A stretch of DNA of 63,934 nt, counting the filler, from Chiloscyllium plagiosum (taxonomy: Eukaryota), in the NCBI RefSeq assembly GCF_004010195.1. It is 4 parts of one record of this genome, joined end to end, with 100 filler letters (N's around TTAATTAATTAA, not from the genome) between each part and the next. Parts side by side here need not be neighbours in the genome. Positions count along the whole stretch, not along the records: positions 22,435 to 48,673 come from NC_057714.1; 3 more parts are not named here. The stretch is one strand, 5' to 3'. The number at the start of each line of letters is the position of its first letter. The first letter of the stretch is position 1. The notes under the pieces are model-generated. The model did not search any database. It had not been told where the DNA came from and saw only the letters and a list, made by a program, of their open reading frames with translations. Of the stretch, positions 35,560 through 48,673 are shown in pieces. Position numbers and translations under genes: made by a program.

Positions 35560-36390
35560 ATAGGAGTCTTCAGCCATTCATTGTATGTTAGGCCTACCAT
35601 TCCAGGGATCATCCATGTGAATCTCTGCTGGACACGCTCCAGTGCCAGTATGTCCTTCCTGAGGTGCGGGGACCAAAACTGGACACAATATTCCAAATGG
35701 GGCCTAACTAGAGCTTTATAAAGTGTCAGCAGCACATCGCTGCTTTTATATTCCAACCCCTTGAGATAAATGACAACATTACATTCGCTTTCTTAATCAC
35801 GGACTCAACCTGCAAGCTAACCTTTAAAGATTCCTGTACTAGCACTCTCAGATCTCTTTGTACTTTGATTTTATGAATTTTCTCACCGATTATAAAATAG
35901 TCCATGCCTGTAGTCTTTTTTCCAAAGTGCAAGACCTCACATTTGCTCACATTGAATTTCATCACCCATTTGTTGGATCATTCTCCTAAACTGTCTAAAT
36001 CTTTCTGAAGCCTCCCCACCTCCTCAGAACTACCTGCCTGTCCACCTAACTTTGTATCATTGACGAACTTCACCAGAATGCCCCCAGTCTCTTCATCCAG
36101 ATCATTTATATATAAAGGTGAACAGCTGCAGCCCCAAACACTGAACCCTGTGGGACACCACTTGTCACCAGCTGCCGTTCTGAAAAAGAACCTTTTATCC
36201 CAACTCTCTGCCTCCTGTCAGACAGCCAATCCTCAATCCATGCCAGTAGTTCACCTCGAACACCTTGGGCCCTCACCTTATTCAGCAGCCTCCCGTGTGG
36301 CACCTTATCAAAGGCCTTTTGGAAGTCTAGGTAGACCATATCCACTGGGTTTCCCCGGTCTAACCTACTTGTCATCTCTTCAAAGAATTA
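35560..36390 (-). mobile_element. CR1 RT fragment
   Basis: YLDFQKAFDKVPH, GVPQGSV and RPHLEYCVQFWSP. Confidence 0.85.
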
Positions 36391-38604
36391 GAGTGCTCAT
36401 GTTCCAAGGTGGTACCAGTAACATCTGTAAAACTATGAAGGGGAACATGTTAAACTGAGAAAGGTGCATTACTCCTGATACTGCTTCCCATTGGCTGAGC
36501 AATCCTTAATCCACACAAATGTTAGCCCCTCAATCACATGCTCTGGCATCTAATTAAATGGCTTTTGGAAATCCAAGCAGGTTAAGCTTATTGGTTCCTC
36601 TCTATCCCCCTGAGAATGTTACTGCTTCAAAAAATCCAAGCTGTGAAATCACTGACACACAACTTCCCTTTCACTGGTCAGGGATTCCAGATCTAGGAGC
36701 AGAGTCTCAGAATGAGGGCCAGACTGTTTGGGAGAGATGTTAGGGAGCACTTTGACAAACAAGGGGTGGGAGAGGTATGGAAGTCTCTAACACAAACAGC
36801 AGTGGCTGTTGGATCAGTGGTTCATTTTAAAGCTGAAACAGATGCATTTTTGTAAAGCAGGGGAATAAGGGATATGGGCAAAAGGCAGGCTATAGGAGTT
36901 AGGCCACAGATCAGCCATGGCTGGTGGAACAAGCTGGAGGGGCTGAATGGCCTCCTCCTGTCCCAATGTTTTTGCATAGTCATGTTGACACTGCCTGACC
37001 AACTCATGGTTTTTGAAGTATCATGCATTTAGGTTCCTTAATGGATTCGACCACCTTCCCCAGGTCAGACTGGGATCCTTCCTCAATGGAAGATGTTTTG
37101 GGACATTGGAACCCAGTCTGTCTATGAGCTTTGAGGAGAGACTGGGATTGTAGTTCAGGTCCATTACTGTCCCCAGCACCCTCTGCTTTGGGAAGCTTTT
37201 TAACAGTTCCACACTGATGCCATGTGGGAGGTTAGAAATGTTGTTTTTGCAGGTGGGGGGTGTTAATTCTTGTAGCATGCAGCATACTTAAGGCTAAGTC
37301 TTTAATGAATATAGAGGGTCTTTTAAAGAAAATAGTTTTAAGCTAGGGAATAACTTTAAAGGGTTGTAGCTGACCACAAAAAGAAGCAGCAAGGGGCATT
37401 TCACAATAAAGCTTATAGTATGATAAGAGAAACTGGATAAAAGAATAAACAAGGAACAAAGGATGCAGACAAAAACAGCAGGATGGTCAGATAAGAAAAT
37501 AACTAACAAGTGAGGTAATCAGCTTATGATAGGATGGGAAAAGGGAGGCGTGATTCTGCAACTTGTAAATTAAATAAGAAAGCTAACAGGCTGTGTTTTC
37601 GCGCGTATTTCTGCTTGATTGCAGAAGCATCCAGTCCTTGCAAGGCTGTAATAAATTGTTCTTGTTTCAAAGGCTTTGTCTCAGGCTGATTGATTTGTGA
37701 GTGATTCTGGATCAGTGGTGCTGGAAGAGCACAGCAGTTCAGGCAGCATCCGAGGAGCAGCGAAATCGCCGTCTCGGGCAAAAGCCCTTCATCAGGAATA
37801 CCTGATTTGTGAATGAGTTCTGTTTCTCACATGCCGTGACCATTTACTTGTTTTCCATGAGTAATGGGTTTTAAAAGCTTTCCCAACTTCTCTTTGTCCC
37901 TTTCCTGATTTGTCTCTGGATTTGTGGAATTTCCCTTGTTCTGTTTATGATGGTACAGTGTTGTTACCCTGCTCTCAGTCCACATTCCTGTATCTCAGTC
38001 TCTCTCTGTGTAAAGATCATAGAATAATGCAGCACATAAACAAGCCCTTCGGCCCATCAAGCCTGTGCTGACACATTNNNNNNNNNNNNNNNNNNNNNNN
38101 NNNNNNNNNNNNNNNNNNNNNNNNNNNNNNNNNNNNNNNNNNNNNNNNNNNNNNNNNNNNNNNNNNNNNNNNNNNNNNNNNNNNNNNNNNNNNNNNNNNN
38201 NNNNNNNNNNNNNNNNNNNNNNNNNNNNNNNNNNNNNNNNNNNNNNNNNNNNNNNNNNNNNNNNNNNNNNNNNNNNNNNNNNNNNNNNNNNNNNNNNNNN
38301 NNNNNNNNNNNNNNNNNNNNNNNNNNNNNNNNNNNNNNNNNNNNNNNNNNNNNNNNNNNNNNNNNNNNNNNNNNNNNNNNNNNNNNNNNNNNNNNNNNNN
38401 NNNNNNNNNNNNNNNNNNNNNNNNNNNNNNNNNNNNNNNNNNNNNNNNNNNNNNNNNNNNNNNNNNNNNNNNNNNNNNNNNNNNNNNNNNNNNNNNNNNN
38501 NNNNNNNNNNNNNNNNNNNNNNNNNNNNNNNNNNNNNNNNNNNNNNNNNNNNNNNNNNNNNNNNNNNNNNNNNNNNNGCTCCCACCCTCACCCTGCTCAC
38601 TGAG

Positions 38605-38956
38605 TACTGAGGGAATGCTGCACTGTCGGAGGGTCAGTACTGCAGGAGTGCTGTACTATTGGAGGGTGAGTATTTTGGGAGTGCTGTACTATTGGAGGGT
38701 CAGTACTGAGGGAGTGCTGTTATATTGGAGGGTCAGTACTGAGGGAGTGCTGTACTATTGGAGGGTGAGTATTTCGGGAGTGCTGTACTATTGGAGGGTC
38801 AGTACTGAGGGAGTGCTGTTATATTGGAGGGTCAGTACTGAGGGAGTGCTGTACTATTGGAGGGTCAGTACTGAGGGAGTGCTGTACTATTGGAAGGTGA
38901 GTACTGCAGGAGTGCTGCACTAATGGAGGGTCAGTACTGCAGGAGTGCTGCACTGT
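38605..38956 (-). repeat. 33-bp minisatellite, diverged relative of the 32635 array
   Basis: GTACTGAGGGAGTGCTGTACTATTGGAGGGTCA units. Confidence 0.9.
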
Positions 38957-39033
38957 CTGTGTTGTAATGTCTTGGCAGAACGCAGTTCTATCACTGAAGT
39001 TTGGTTTAATTACATGCATATGAAAATGTGACA

Positions 39034-39047
39034 CCACCAGAGGGCAG
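39034..39047 (+). promoter_or_regulatory. Candidate CTCF site CCACCAGAGGGCAG
   Basis: Full match to the consensus CCASYAGRKGGCRS, in non-repetitive intergenic sequence. Confidence 0.55.
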
Positions 39048-39112
39048 TGTTGGACGCCTTTTCCTCAGAGAACTGCAATACATTTTCTGTGAACATGCAC
39101 ATTTTGGGCTGG

Positions 39113-39622
39113 TTTGGAGCTGCTGGTGTTGGACTGGGGTGGACAAAGTTAAAAATCACACAATACCAGGTTATAGTCCAACAGGTTTAATTGGAAGCTC
39201 TAGCTTTCAGAGCGCTGCTCCTTCATCAGGTGACTAACACCTGATGAAGGAGCGGAGTTCAGAGTTGACTTGAAATTGTATCAACTGTTGATATTTCGTG
39301 TGGCCATTTGTTTGAATAACAAGAATATTTACATTGAAGTAAATAAATGGAAACAACTAATATTATTCGGACAGGATAATATAGTAAATTTGTGGTATTT
39401 GAGGCGTATAATTTTTCCTGATTTAGAGATGCCGGAGACTGGGGTGTACAAAGTTAAAAATCACACAATGCCAAGTTATAGACCGACAGGTATATTTGGA
39501 AGCACTAGCTTTCGGAGTGCAGCTCCTCACACAACCCCCTGATGAAGGAGCAGCGCTCCGAAAGCTAGGGCTTCCAATTAAACCTGTTGGACTATAACCT
39601 GGTGTTGTGTGATTTTTAACTT
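39113..39622. mobile_element. Two adjacent family B elements; hammerhead cores at 39201-39229 (-) and 39539-39567 (+)
   Basis: CCC-CUGAUGA-A-GGAGC(AGC)GCUCC-GAAA-GC-UA-GGG at 39536-39570. Confidence 0.75.
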
Positions 39623-40039
39623 CAAAATTTTTCCAGTTTATTAAGAGTTCATACGATGCCAGTTAAAATAAAGTTTGCTTTATTACATTATTATTTACAT
39701 TATTTTCAAGTCATACAAAATCTTTAATCAATGATTTGTTTTTAGTTTATTTAAAAATCCAAAGTCATGTCCACTTTCTACGCCTACAAGAAACTCCTTT
39801 ATGAATACAAACTTTCTGAACTTGGGGTAAGAGCTTGATTCATCTTTGCTGAATAGGTTGAGCAGTTTTCTCCAATAAAGACCAATTTTGACTTTTAATG
39901 TTCTTTGAAGTTTTCCTTTGTCAGATAGATCCAATTTGGATCAGAACCAGTTTCCAGCGTGGCTTGGATCAGGGTAATTGTCAGCTCTTGACTTGTATCC
40001 CAAAACTCCAATCCCCAACAGAATCCATTAACTCCTCAC

Positions 40040-40240
40040 AATCCCCTTCATGTCCTGAAAACATCAAATGCTGGAGATCACAGCGGGTCAGGCAGCATCC
40101 AATGAGGGAGAACAAGTTAATGTTTCGAGTCTAGATGACTCTTCATTAGAGCTGTATCTTGGATGCTGTCTGACCCACTGTGATCTCCAGCATTTATTAT
40201 TTTTAGTACAAATTCTAGAATCTGCAGCAATTTGCTCCAA
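40040..40240. mobile_element. Palindromic family C-like element; near-intact core at 40119-40149 (-)
   Basis: Reverse complement reads CUAAUGA-A-GAGUC(AUCUA)GACUC-GAAA-CA-UU. Confidence 0.6.
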
Positions 40241-40274
40241 CTGTTTTAAATCATGGCACAGAACAGTCTGAGAA

Positions 40275-41103
40275 ACTGGTAAACTAATAGAGAAAGTGAA
40301 GTCACATGGTGTGCAGGGTGTTCTGGCTCGGTGGATAAAGAACTGGTTGAGCAACAGGAGACAGAGAGTAGTAGTTGAAGGAGGTTTCTCGAAATGGAGA
40401 AAGGTGGCCAGTGGTGTTCCACAGGGGTCAGTATTGAGGCTACTGTTGTTTGTGATAGACATCAATGATCTGGAAGAGGGCATTGTTGGTATGATCAGCA
40501 AGTTTGCAGATGACACGAAGATTGGTGGAGAAGCAGAAAGCATAGGGGACTGTCAGAGAATACAGGAGGATATAGATAGACTGGAGAGTTGGGTGGAAAA
40601 GTGGCAGATGGAGTTCAATCCAGGCAAATGTGAGGTGAGGCATTTTGGGAAGTCTAATTCTAGAGTGAATTATACAGTAAATGGAAGAGCCTTCGAAAAG
40701 TTGATGAGCAGAGAGATCTGGGAGTTCTGGTCCATTGTACCCTGAAGGTGGCTGCATAGGTGGATAGAGTGGTCAAGAAGGCATATAGTATGCTTGCCTT
40801 CATCGGACGGGTATTGAGTATAAGAGCTGGCAGGTCATGTTAAAATTGTACACAGTGTTGGTTCAGCCACATTTAGAATACTGTGTACAGTCCTGGTCGC
40901 CACATTACCGAAAGGATGTGGACGCTTTGGAGAGGGTGCAGCGAAGGTTTACGAGGGTGTTGCCTGGTATGGAAGGTGCTAGCTATGAAGAGAGGTTGAG
41001 AAGGTTAGGTTTGTTTTCATTAGAAAAAAGGAGATTGAGGGGGGACATGATTGAGGTTTACAAAATCATGGAGGGTATAGACAGGGTAAATTTTCTTTGT
41101 TCT
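40275..41103 (+). mobile_element. 5'-truncated copy of the same young CR1 subfamily as 24040-27704
   Basis: Near-identical to 26565-27367, then jumps directly to the terminal taaattttctttgttct tail. Confidence 0.88.
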
Positions 41104-41827
41104 AAAGGAAGCCACAATCTCTTTCTCAGGGCAGTAGTTGCTGTATTCTTTTCTCTATTCACTCACGGGAGGTGGGCATCGCTGGGTAGGCCAGCATTTA
41201 TTGTCCATCCCTAGCTGCCCTTGAGAAAGTGGTGATGAACTACAGGTGGCTTCAGAGAATGTCCAACAGCAAACACAGCCACTCTGAGACCACTCGGGTT
41301 GGACAGAGAGTAGGGAACGTAGGCTCCTGGAAGCGAGGCAGAGACACGAGGGGAGGAAAGTGGTGTGGTGTAAAGGATGGTAAGGGATCCTGTGGAGAAC
41401 GTAAAGTTTGAGTCAGATGAGGAGCACAGGGTGTATCGTGTACATGAGGAAAAGCAGGTGTAGGCTTGGGGAGATGTTGTGATGGGTCTCAGGGGCTGGG
41501 GAGTATCAGACCGTGGGTTTTAAGTGTTTCAGAATTAGTAACATGTCAGTTACCAGCTGTTTTGAGGAGGGTGGGGGTGAAGAGAGTGGGATAGTCTATG
41601 TATGATTTAGGAGTCTGGGGAATGTGCAGTTGGCAGTTACCAAAGAGGGACACTCAATATTTCACCACACATCTGTGCAAAACCTCAAAGAGTTCACTGA
41701 CAGCCAAAGTGTTGGTAAAGGAACGGCTGTATCCTGGTTCCACTATAGAAATGGAGTGTGAGTTGTTATTGGGACCAGTGATAGTCAGGGTAGTTAATAA
41801 ATTACCTGGATGGTGTTGATTTACTTC

Positions 41828-42030
41828 TGGGTGACACTGTGGCTCAGTGGTTCTCACAGCACCAGGGACCCAGGTCCAATTCCACCCTCAGGCGACTGAC
41901 TGTGTGGAGTTTGCACGTTCTCCCCGTGTCTGCGTGGGTTTCCTCCGGGTGCTCCAGGTTCCTCCCACAGTCCAAAGATGTGCAGGTCAGGTGGATTGGC
42001 CATGGGAAATGCAGGGTTATGGGGCTAATG
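41828..42030 (+). mobile_element. HE1-type SINE
   Basis: GTGGCTCAGTGG head and TGTGTGGAGTTTGCACGTTCTCCCCGTGTCTGCGTGGG body. Confidence 0.8.
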
Positions 42031-42419
42031 TGGGTCAGGATCAGGCAAATAGCCTCTTTAGCAGTGTAGGAATTCTATGGTTCCATTATAAAGCAGGAGT
42101 GAAAACTTTCACATAATTACAAAAAGTCCAGTTGAGGCTAAAAAGATCGAGAGTTGCAGAGAGAGAGTCAGGTAATTTTCCACCATGTGTAGTGATCAGA
42201 GCAATGTCTATCGGCAGAGGTCGTACCACAACCAAATATTAGGGACACTGACACCCCACAAATGAAGATAGTTGAAAAGAGGTGTTTGTCATGTCTTCCA
42301 TTAATTGAGGCCAGGAAGCATTTCCAGAGTGAGGTAAGTGAGCACAAATGAAGGAGTTTCAGTGTGTTATTGTAATAAAAGCACAACTCTGGCATCCTCA
42401 CAGACCTGCAGATGATAAA

Positions 42420-44610
42420 TATTCATGATTTACATAAATGATTTGGAGGAAAATATAGCTGGTCTATTTAGTAAGTTTGTGGACGATACAAAGATTGGTG
42501 GAGTTGCTGACAGTGAGGAGGATTGTCAGAGGATACAGCAGGATATAGCTCAGTTGGAGACATGGGCAGGAAAATGGCAGATGGAGTTTAATACGGATAA
42601 AAGTGAGGTGATGCATTTTGGAACATCAAGTTCAGGTGGAAATAGGTCCACAGATCACTGGAGGTGGCAGTGCCTATGGCACGCTTACCATCATTGGAAG
42701 GGGCATTGAGTATAAGGATAGACAAGTCATGCTGCGGCTTTATACAACTTTACAGGCCATACTTGGAATGTTGCATATAGTTCTGCACACTTCTAGAAGG
42801 ATGTAGATGCTTTGGAATGGGTATAGAAAAGATTTACCAGGATGTTGCTCGGAAATAGCTATGAATAAAGGTTGGATAGATTAGGTTTGTTTTCAGTGGA
42901 ACACGGGAGGTTGAGGGACAACCTGACGGAAGTTTATAAGAGCATGGATATGGTGGGAAGTATGAGGCTTTTTCCCAAAGTGGGGAGGGGGGGTCTATGA
43001 CTAGTGGACACAAGTTCAAGGTGCGAGGGGGTTTAAAAGAGATGTGTGAGGCAGGTTGTTCACACAAAGGGTGGTGAGTGCCTGAAACGTGCTGCCAGAG
43101 GAGGGGGCGGATGCAGACACTATAGCAGCATTCAAGAAACACAAGGACAAATACATGAACATAGAACAGTACAGCACAGGCCCTTTGGCCTTCCATGTTG
43201 TGGTGGCATTTTATCGTACTCTAAGATCAGACGAACCTACATACCCTTCATTGTACTATCTTCCATGTGCTTATCCAAGAGTCGCTTAAATGTCCCTAAT
43301 GTCTCTGACTCTACTCCCACTGCTGGCTGTGCATTCCTCACACCTACCTCCCTCTGTGTAAAGAACCTCCCTCTGACATCTCCCCTAAACCTTCCTCCAA
43401 TCACCTTAAAATGATACCTTCTCGTGATAGACATTTCCGCCCTGGGAAAAAGTCTCTGGCTATCCACTCTATCAATGCCTCTCATCATCTTGTACATCTC
43501 TATCAAGTCACCTCTCATCCTTCTTCGCTCCAATGAGAAAAGCACTAGCTCCCTCAGCCTTTCTTCATAAGACATGCCCTCCATCCCAGGCAGCATCCTG
43601 GTAAATCTCTCCTCTGCATCCTCTCTAAAGCTTCCACATCTTTCTATAATGAGGTGAACACAATATTCCAAGTATGGTCCAACTAGGAATTTATACAGTT
43701 GCAGCATAACCTAGCAGCTCTTAAACTCAATCCCCTGCTAATGAAAACCAACAAATCGTACACCTTCTTAATGACCCTATCAACTTGGGTGGCAACTTCG
43801 AAGGATCTATGGACATGGACCCCAAGATCTCTCTGTTCCTCCACACTGCGAGGATCCTGCCTTTAACCCTGTAATCTGCACTCAAATGCAAACTTCCAAA
43901 GTGAATCACTTCACACTTTTCCAGGTTGAACTCCATCTGCCCTATACAGACAGCCAGATTTCCCTGTACCCCATATCTCCTTACTTTCTGAATGAGCCTA
44001 CCGGGGGAACCTTATCAAACGCCTTGTTAAAATCCATGTACACCACAACCACTGCTCTACCTTCATCAATGTGTTTTGTCACATCCTCAAAGAATTCAAT
44101 AAGGTTTGTGAGGCATGACCCAACCCTCACAAAGCCTTGCTGACTATCTATAGTAAACTATGGTTTTCCAAGTAATCATCAATCCTGTCTCTCAGATTCC
44201 TCTCCAATACTTTGCCCACCACTGACATAAGACTGACTGGTGTGTAATTCTCAGGATTATTCCTGTTCCCTTTCTTGAACAAGGAAATAACACTTGCCAC
44301 CCTCCAACCACCTGGCACTGTTCCAGTGGACAGTGAGGATGCAAAGATCATCACCAAAGGCGCAGCAATCTCTGCCCTCACTTCTGTAGTAACCTTGGGT
44401 ATATCCCATCTGGCCCAGGGGATTTATCTATCCTTATGTTTTTCAGAATTTTCAGCACTCATACATGAATGGGAAGGGAACAGAGGGATACGGATCCTGT
44501 AAGTGAAGACAGTTTTAGTATGGAAGGGCAAAACATGACAGCGCAGGCTTGGAGGGCCGAAGGATCTGTTCCTGTGCTGGATTGTTCTTTGGTCTTTTTT
44601 GTTCTTTTGG
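42420..44610. mobile_element. Nested CR1s: + strand element (42420-43160, resuming 44460-44610) interrupted by a - strand CR1 (43160-44460)
   Basis: RT motifs on both strands. ATACATGAA occurs at both junctions (43151 and 44461), consistent with a TSD. Confidence 0.78.
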
Positions 44611-45499
44611 CAATTGTTTATCGGATGGTGGTACCACCCAGGTATGGTCAGGAGGTAACACAGCAGAACATCAGGTTCCTATGGCAGGAGACATTGGAAC
44701 ATAGAAAACGTAGTGTATCCTCACAATGGGTAATGACAGAAGCTTTTCCTTTAAGGACATTACAGCAAAGTCAGAGTAGACGTTAACTCAAATTTTTACC
44801 CATTATGGGCTACCAGTTGAAATACCGTCTGATCAGAGTTACAGGACATAGTGAGTAATGTAGGGATGAAACAACTGAAGTTTCCCACCTATCGTCCACA
44901 AACATAGGGAGCTATGGAGAGGTACCAGCAGCCTCTCAAACTGTCACAGATACCTGCAGAATGCATCTGGGTGTACTACATTAGTTTAACATGATGTGAA
45001 CATAGGAGAGTCAGGATCGATAAAACACATCCTTATCAGTTAAACCCAATAAAACAAGCTCAGGTGGAAACAGAGATTATGCACTCAATGAGAAACTACT
45101 GGATTGAACCTGGTGAAAGCAGTTAGAATATTTCCTAAACTAGATGGATCAACTCAATTCTACACAGATGAATGGTAAATGCAGTCATATAAACAGATTC
45201 CTGTCCAATTCCCTGGTTAGAAGATTATATCAATAGACTTGGCTGTGCCTCATTTCTTAATTGATCTGTTAAAAGGGTATTGGTAGGTATCACTAACATC
45301 AAATACTAAAGACATATCAGCCTTTGTCGCACCAAAGGAGTTATGTCAACATCAGGTGATGCCATATCATATCGTCATAGAGCGGCACAGCACAGAAACA
45401 AACCCTTCGATCCACCTTGTCCATGCCAACCAAGCATCCTAAACCGATCTAGTCCTATTTGGCCCATATCTCTCTAAACCCTTCCTATTCATATATCCT

Positions 45500-45825
45500 A
45501 GAATTCCTACAGTGTGGAAACAGGCCCTTTGGCCCAACGTGTCCACACCGACCTTCCGAAGAGTAACCCACCCAGACCTATTTCCCCACCCTATTATCCT
45601 ATATTTACCCTTGACTTATGCACCTAACTTGTGCATCCCTGAACACTATGGAACAATTTATCATAGCCAATCCACCCTAACGTGCATATCTTTGGAGTGT
45701 GGGAGGAAACCGGAGCACCTGGAGGAAGCCCATGCAGACACGGGAGAGTGTGCAAACTCCACACACTCAGTCGCCTGAGGTTGGAATTGAACCCAGTGCT
45801 AATCACTGAGCCACCCTGCCACCCC
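45500..45825 (-). mobile_element. HE1-type SINE within CR1 fragments (45370-46245)
   Basis: Reverse complement of the head and body. Flanking minus-strand CR1 RT (FSKAFDKVPHGRL). Confidence 0.78.
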
Positions 45826-46249
45826 TTGCTAACCAATCTCCCATGGGGAACCTTGTCAAACGCCTTACTGAAGAGCATATAGATCACATCTACTGCTCTG
45901 CCCTCATCAATCCTCTTTGTTACTTCTTCAAAAAACTCAATCAACTCAATGTTAACTATCCCTAATCAGTCCTTGCCTTTCCAAATACTTGCACATCCTG
46001 TCCCTCATGATTCCCTCCAACAACCTACCCAACACCGACGTAAGGCTCACCGGTCCATAGTTCCCTGGCTTGTCTTTACCACCCTTCTTAAACCATGGCA
46101 CTACGTTTGCCAACCTCCGGTCTTCCGGCACCTCACCTGTAACTATCGATGATACAAATATCTCAGCAAGAGGCCCAGCAATCACTTCCCTCGCTTCCCA
46201 CAGAGTTCTAGGGTACACCTGATCAGGTGCTGGGGATTTATCCATTTTT

Positions 46250-46480
46250 AACAGGCAGAAAACCAGCCACCAGGACACACAAGCACCAACTAGCCACCAA
46301 AAAAACACGACAACTATCACCAGCATCCCCACACACAGACGAAGGAGAACACCACTTCAACTGGGACAACACATCCATTCTGGGACAGGCCGAACAGGGA
46401 CATACATGAGGAATTCCTAGATGCCTGGCATTCAACTGGAACTCCATCAATATGGACTCCATTTACCAACCTGAGAAAAA
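46250..46480 (+). mobile_element. Penelope-like GIY-YIG remnant, second PLE family
   Basis: TGRKPATRTHKHQLATKK..HHFNWDNTSILGQA. Confidence 0.65.
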
Positions 46481-47759
46481 AGAACTGAAAACTATAATCA
46501 CCCTACCTTAAATATCCATCCAGGTACTTCCCTCACTTTCTCTGGCACCTCATTCCATACACAGACCATCTTCTGTGCGAACAAACTACCCTTCAGGCCC
46601 TTTATAAATCTTTCCCCTCACACTTTAAGCCAATGCCCTGTAGCTTTGGACTCACCTACCCTGGGAAAAAAACATCTGTTAGAAAATGATGTAGCTACGT
46701 TCTGAACACTTATATCACTGAAATACCTAACTGTGTATTTATTTGAATGATGTAACACATGGGAAGAGAGCGTAAGGCAAACAAAGGACCTGTTTAGGCA
46801 TTAGTTCAGTGACATACTAATAAACCTCTCCAAAATGTGAATCTGCCAAATTGAGGAGAACTGACCTGGGACACGTTGCAGGGTAGAGGCAAGCGGTGCC
46901 AAGAATGGCAAAAATAAAGGCTCTGATCAAATTCTCCAATCCTAAAACTGAACAGGACAAGCTGAGATTTTTAGGAATGTGTGGGTTTTATCTGAAATTT
47001 GTTACAGGATCAGGCAGAAATGATCTTAACCAACCAAGCAGTTCTGAGAAGCCAAAGGCAGTCCTAATAATTCAACCTCTCTTTATTAAAACTTTACAAT
47101 GATAAATGATGCTCGTGACTTGGGGAAGGTGCAGTCTTATTGCAAGTTGATATCAGGAATACAGACAAGAGTGGCAGTAACTTCCTAAGGCTTTAAATCA
47201 GTATTAGAGGAAGTATTCTATGGAGAAAAGGAGCCTTTGAAGTATTTTTGAGATTTTGAAGGCAATTTCTGACAGGGTTTCAGTGATACATTAATCTTTA
47301 CTGACCATAATCTACTAGTATTCACTGAATCATTTAAAACTCAAAATGCAAGACCATTCAATTGGAGTTTACTGATGTAACCATTCAATGTGAAGCATAT
47401 TCCCATTGCTGGTAAAATTGATGTGATAATGGATGGATCACCCAGTATGGGAAAATCATAGCAAATGTTAAGAAATTAAGAGAGATGATGAAGAATATAT
47501 CAGACTTGTGAAAGGGATGAATGAAGATAAATGGATGTACGTTTTATGTTTTCTTGTCTTTATATCATAAACTTTGTGATGAAATATTTTGAAATGTGTG
47601 TATCTGTATCTATGTGTGTGTGTCTGTATGTGTGTGCTTGTTTGTGTGTCGGTGTCTGTATGTGTGTCTGTATCTGTGCGTGTCCATGTCTGTATGTGTG
47701 TGTGTATATCTGTGTGTGATTCGGAGATGCCGGTGTGTGTGTATATCTGTGTGTGATTC

Positions 47760-48124
47760 GGAGATGCCGGTGTCGGACTGGGGTGTACAAAGTTAAAAAT
47801 CACACAACACCAGGTTATAGGTAAAAACAATGACTGCAGATGCTGGAAACCAGATTCTGGATCAGTGGTGCTGGAAGAGCACAGCAGTTCAGGCAGCATA
47901 CAAGGAGCAGTAAAATCGACGTTTCGGGCAAAAGCCCTTCATCAGCACCACTAATCCAGAACACCAGGTTATAGTCCAACAGGTTTAATTGGAAGCACAC
48001 TAGCTTTCGGAGTGACGCTCCTTCATCAGGTAATAGCTACCACCTGATGAAGGAGCAGCGCTCTGAAAGCTAGTGTGCTTCCAATTAAACCTGTTGGATT
48101 ATAACCTGGTGTTGTGTGATTTTT
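47760..48124. mobile_element. Family B palindromic element with a nested family A insertion (47821-47959); cores at 47918-47945 (-), 48001-48029 (-) and 48044-48072 (+)
   Basis: TSD AACACCAGGTTATAG (47806-47820 and 47960-47974). Confidence 0.8.
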
Positions 48125-48570
48125 ATCTGTGTGTGTATGTGTCCATGTCTGTATGTGTGTCTGTATCTGTGCGTGTCCATGTCTGTATGTGTGTCTGTAT
48201 CTGTGCGTGTCCATGTCTGTATGTGTGTCTGTATCTGTGCGTGTCCATGTCTGTATGTGTGTCTGTATCTGTGCGTGTCCATGTCTGTATGTGTGTCTGT
48301 ATCTGTGCGTGTCCATGTCTGTATGTGTGTCTGTATCTGTGCGTGTCCATGTCTGTATGTGTGTCTGTATCTGTGCGTGTCCATGTCTGTATGTGTGTCT
48401 GTATCTGTGCGTGTCCATGTCTGTATGTGTGTCTGTATCTGTGCGTGTCCATGTCTGTATGTGTGTCTGTATCTGTGCGTGTCCATGTCTGTATGTGTGT
48501 CTGTATCTGTGCGTGTCCATGTCTGTATGTGTGTCTGTATCTGTGCGTGTCCATGTCTGTATGTGTGTGT
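48125..48570 (+). repeat. 34-bp perfect tandem repeat (GTGTCCATGTCTGTATGTGTGTCTGTATCTGTGC), about 12 copies
   Basis: Direct periodicity. Confidence 0.93.
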
Positions 48571-48673
48571 GTATATCTGTGTGTGATTCGGAGATGCCGG
48601 TGTTGGACTGGGGTGTACAAAGTTAAAAATCACACAACACCAGGTTATAGGTAAAAACAATGACTGCAGATGC

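Larger units (their letters stand above)
44700..47450 (+). mobile_element. Decayed Gypsy LTR retrotransposon pol remnant (IN then RT then RNase H), interrupted by younger insertions at ~45370-46680
   Basis: EAFPLR..HYGLPVEIPSDQ..YRPQT*GAMER (IN), DSCPIPWLEDYI..DLLKGYW..ISAFVAP and LRFLGMCGFY (RT), FTDHNLLVF (RNase H). Confidence 0.7.

Noticed and set aside
48026..48660. Cys/Val-rich and His/Thr-rich ORFs in several frames
   Set aside because: Products of a TG-rich 34-bp repeat.
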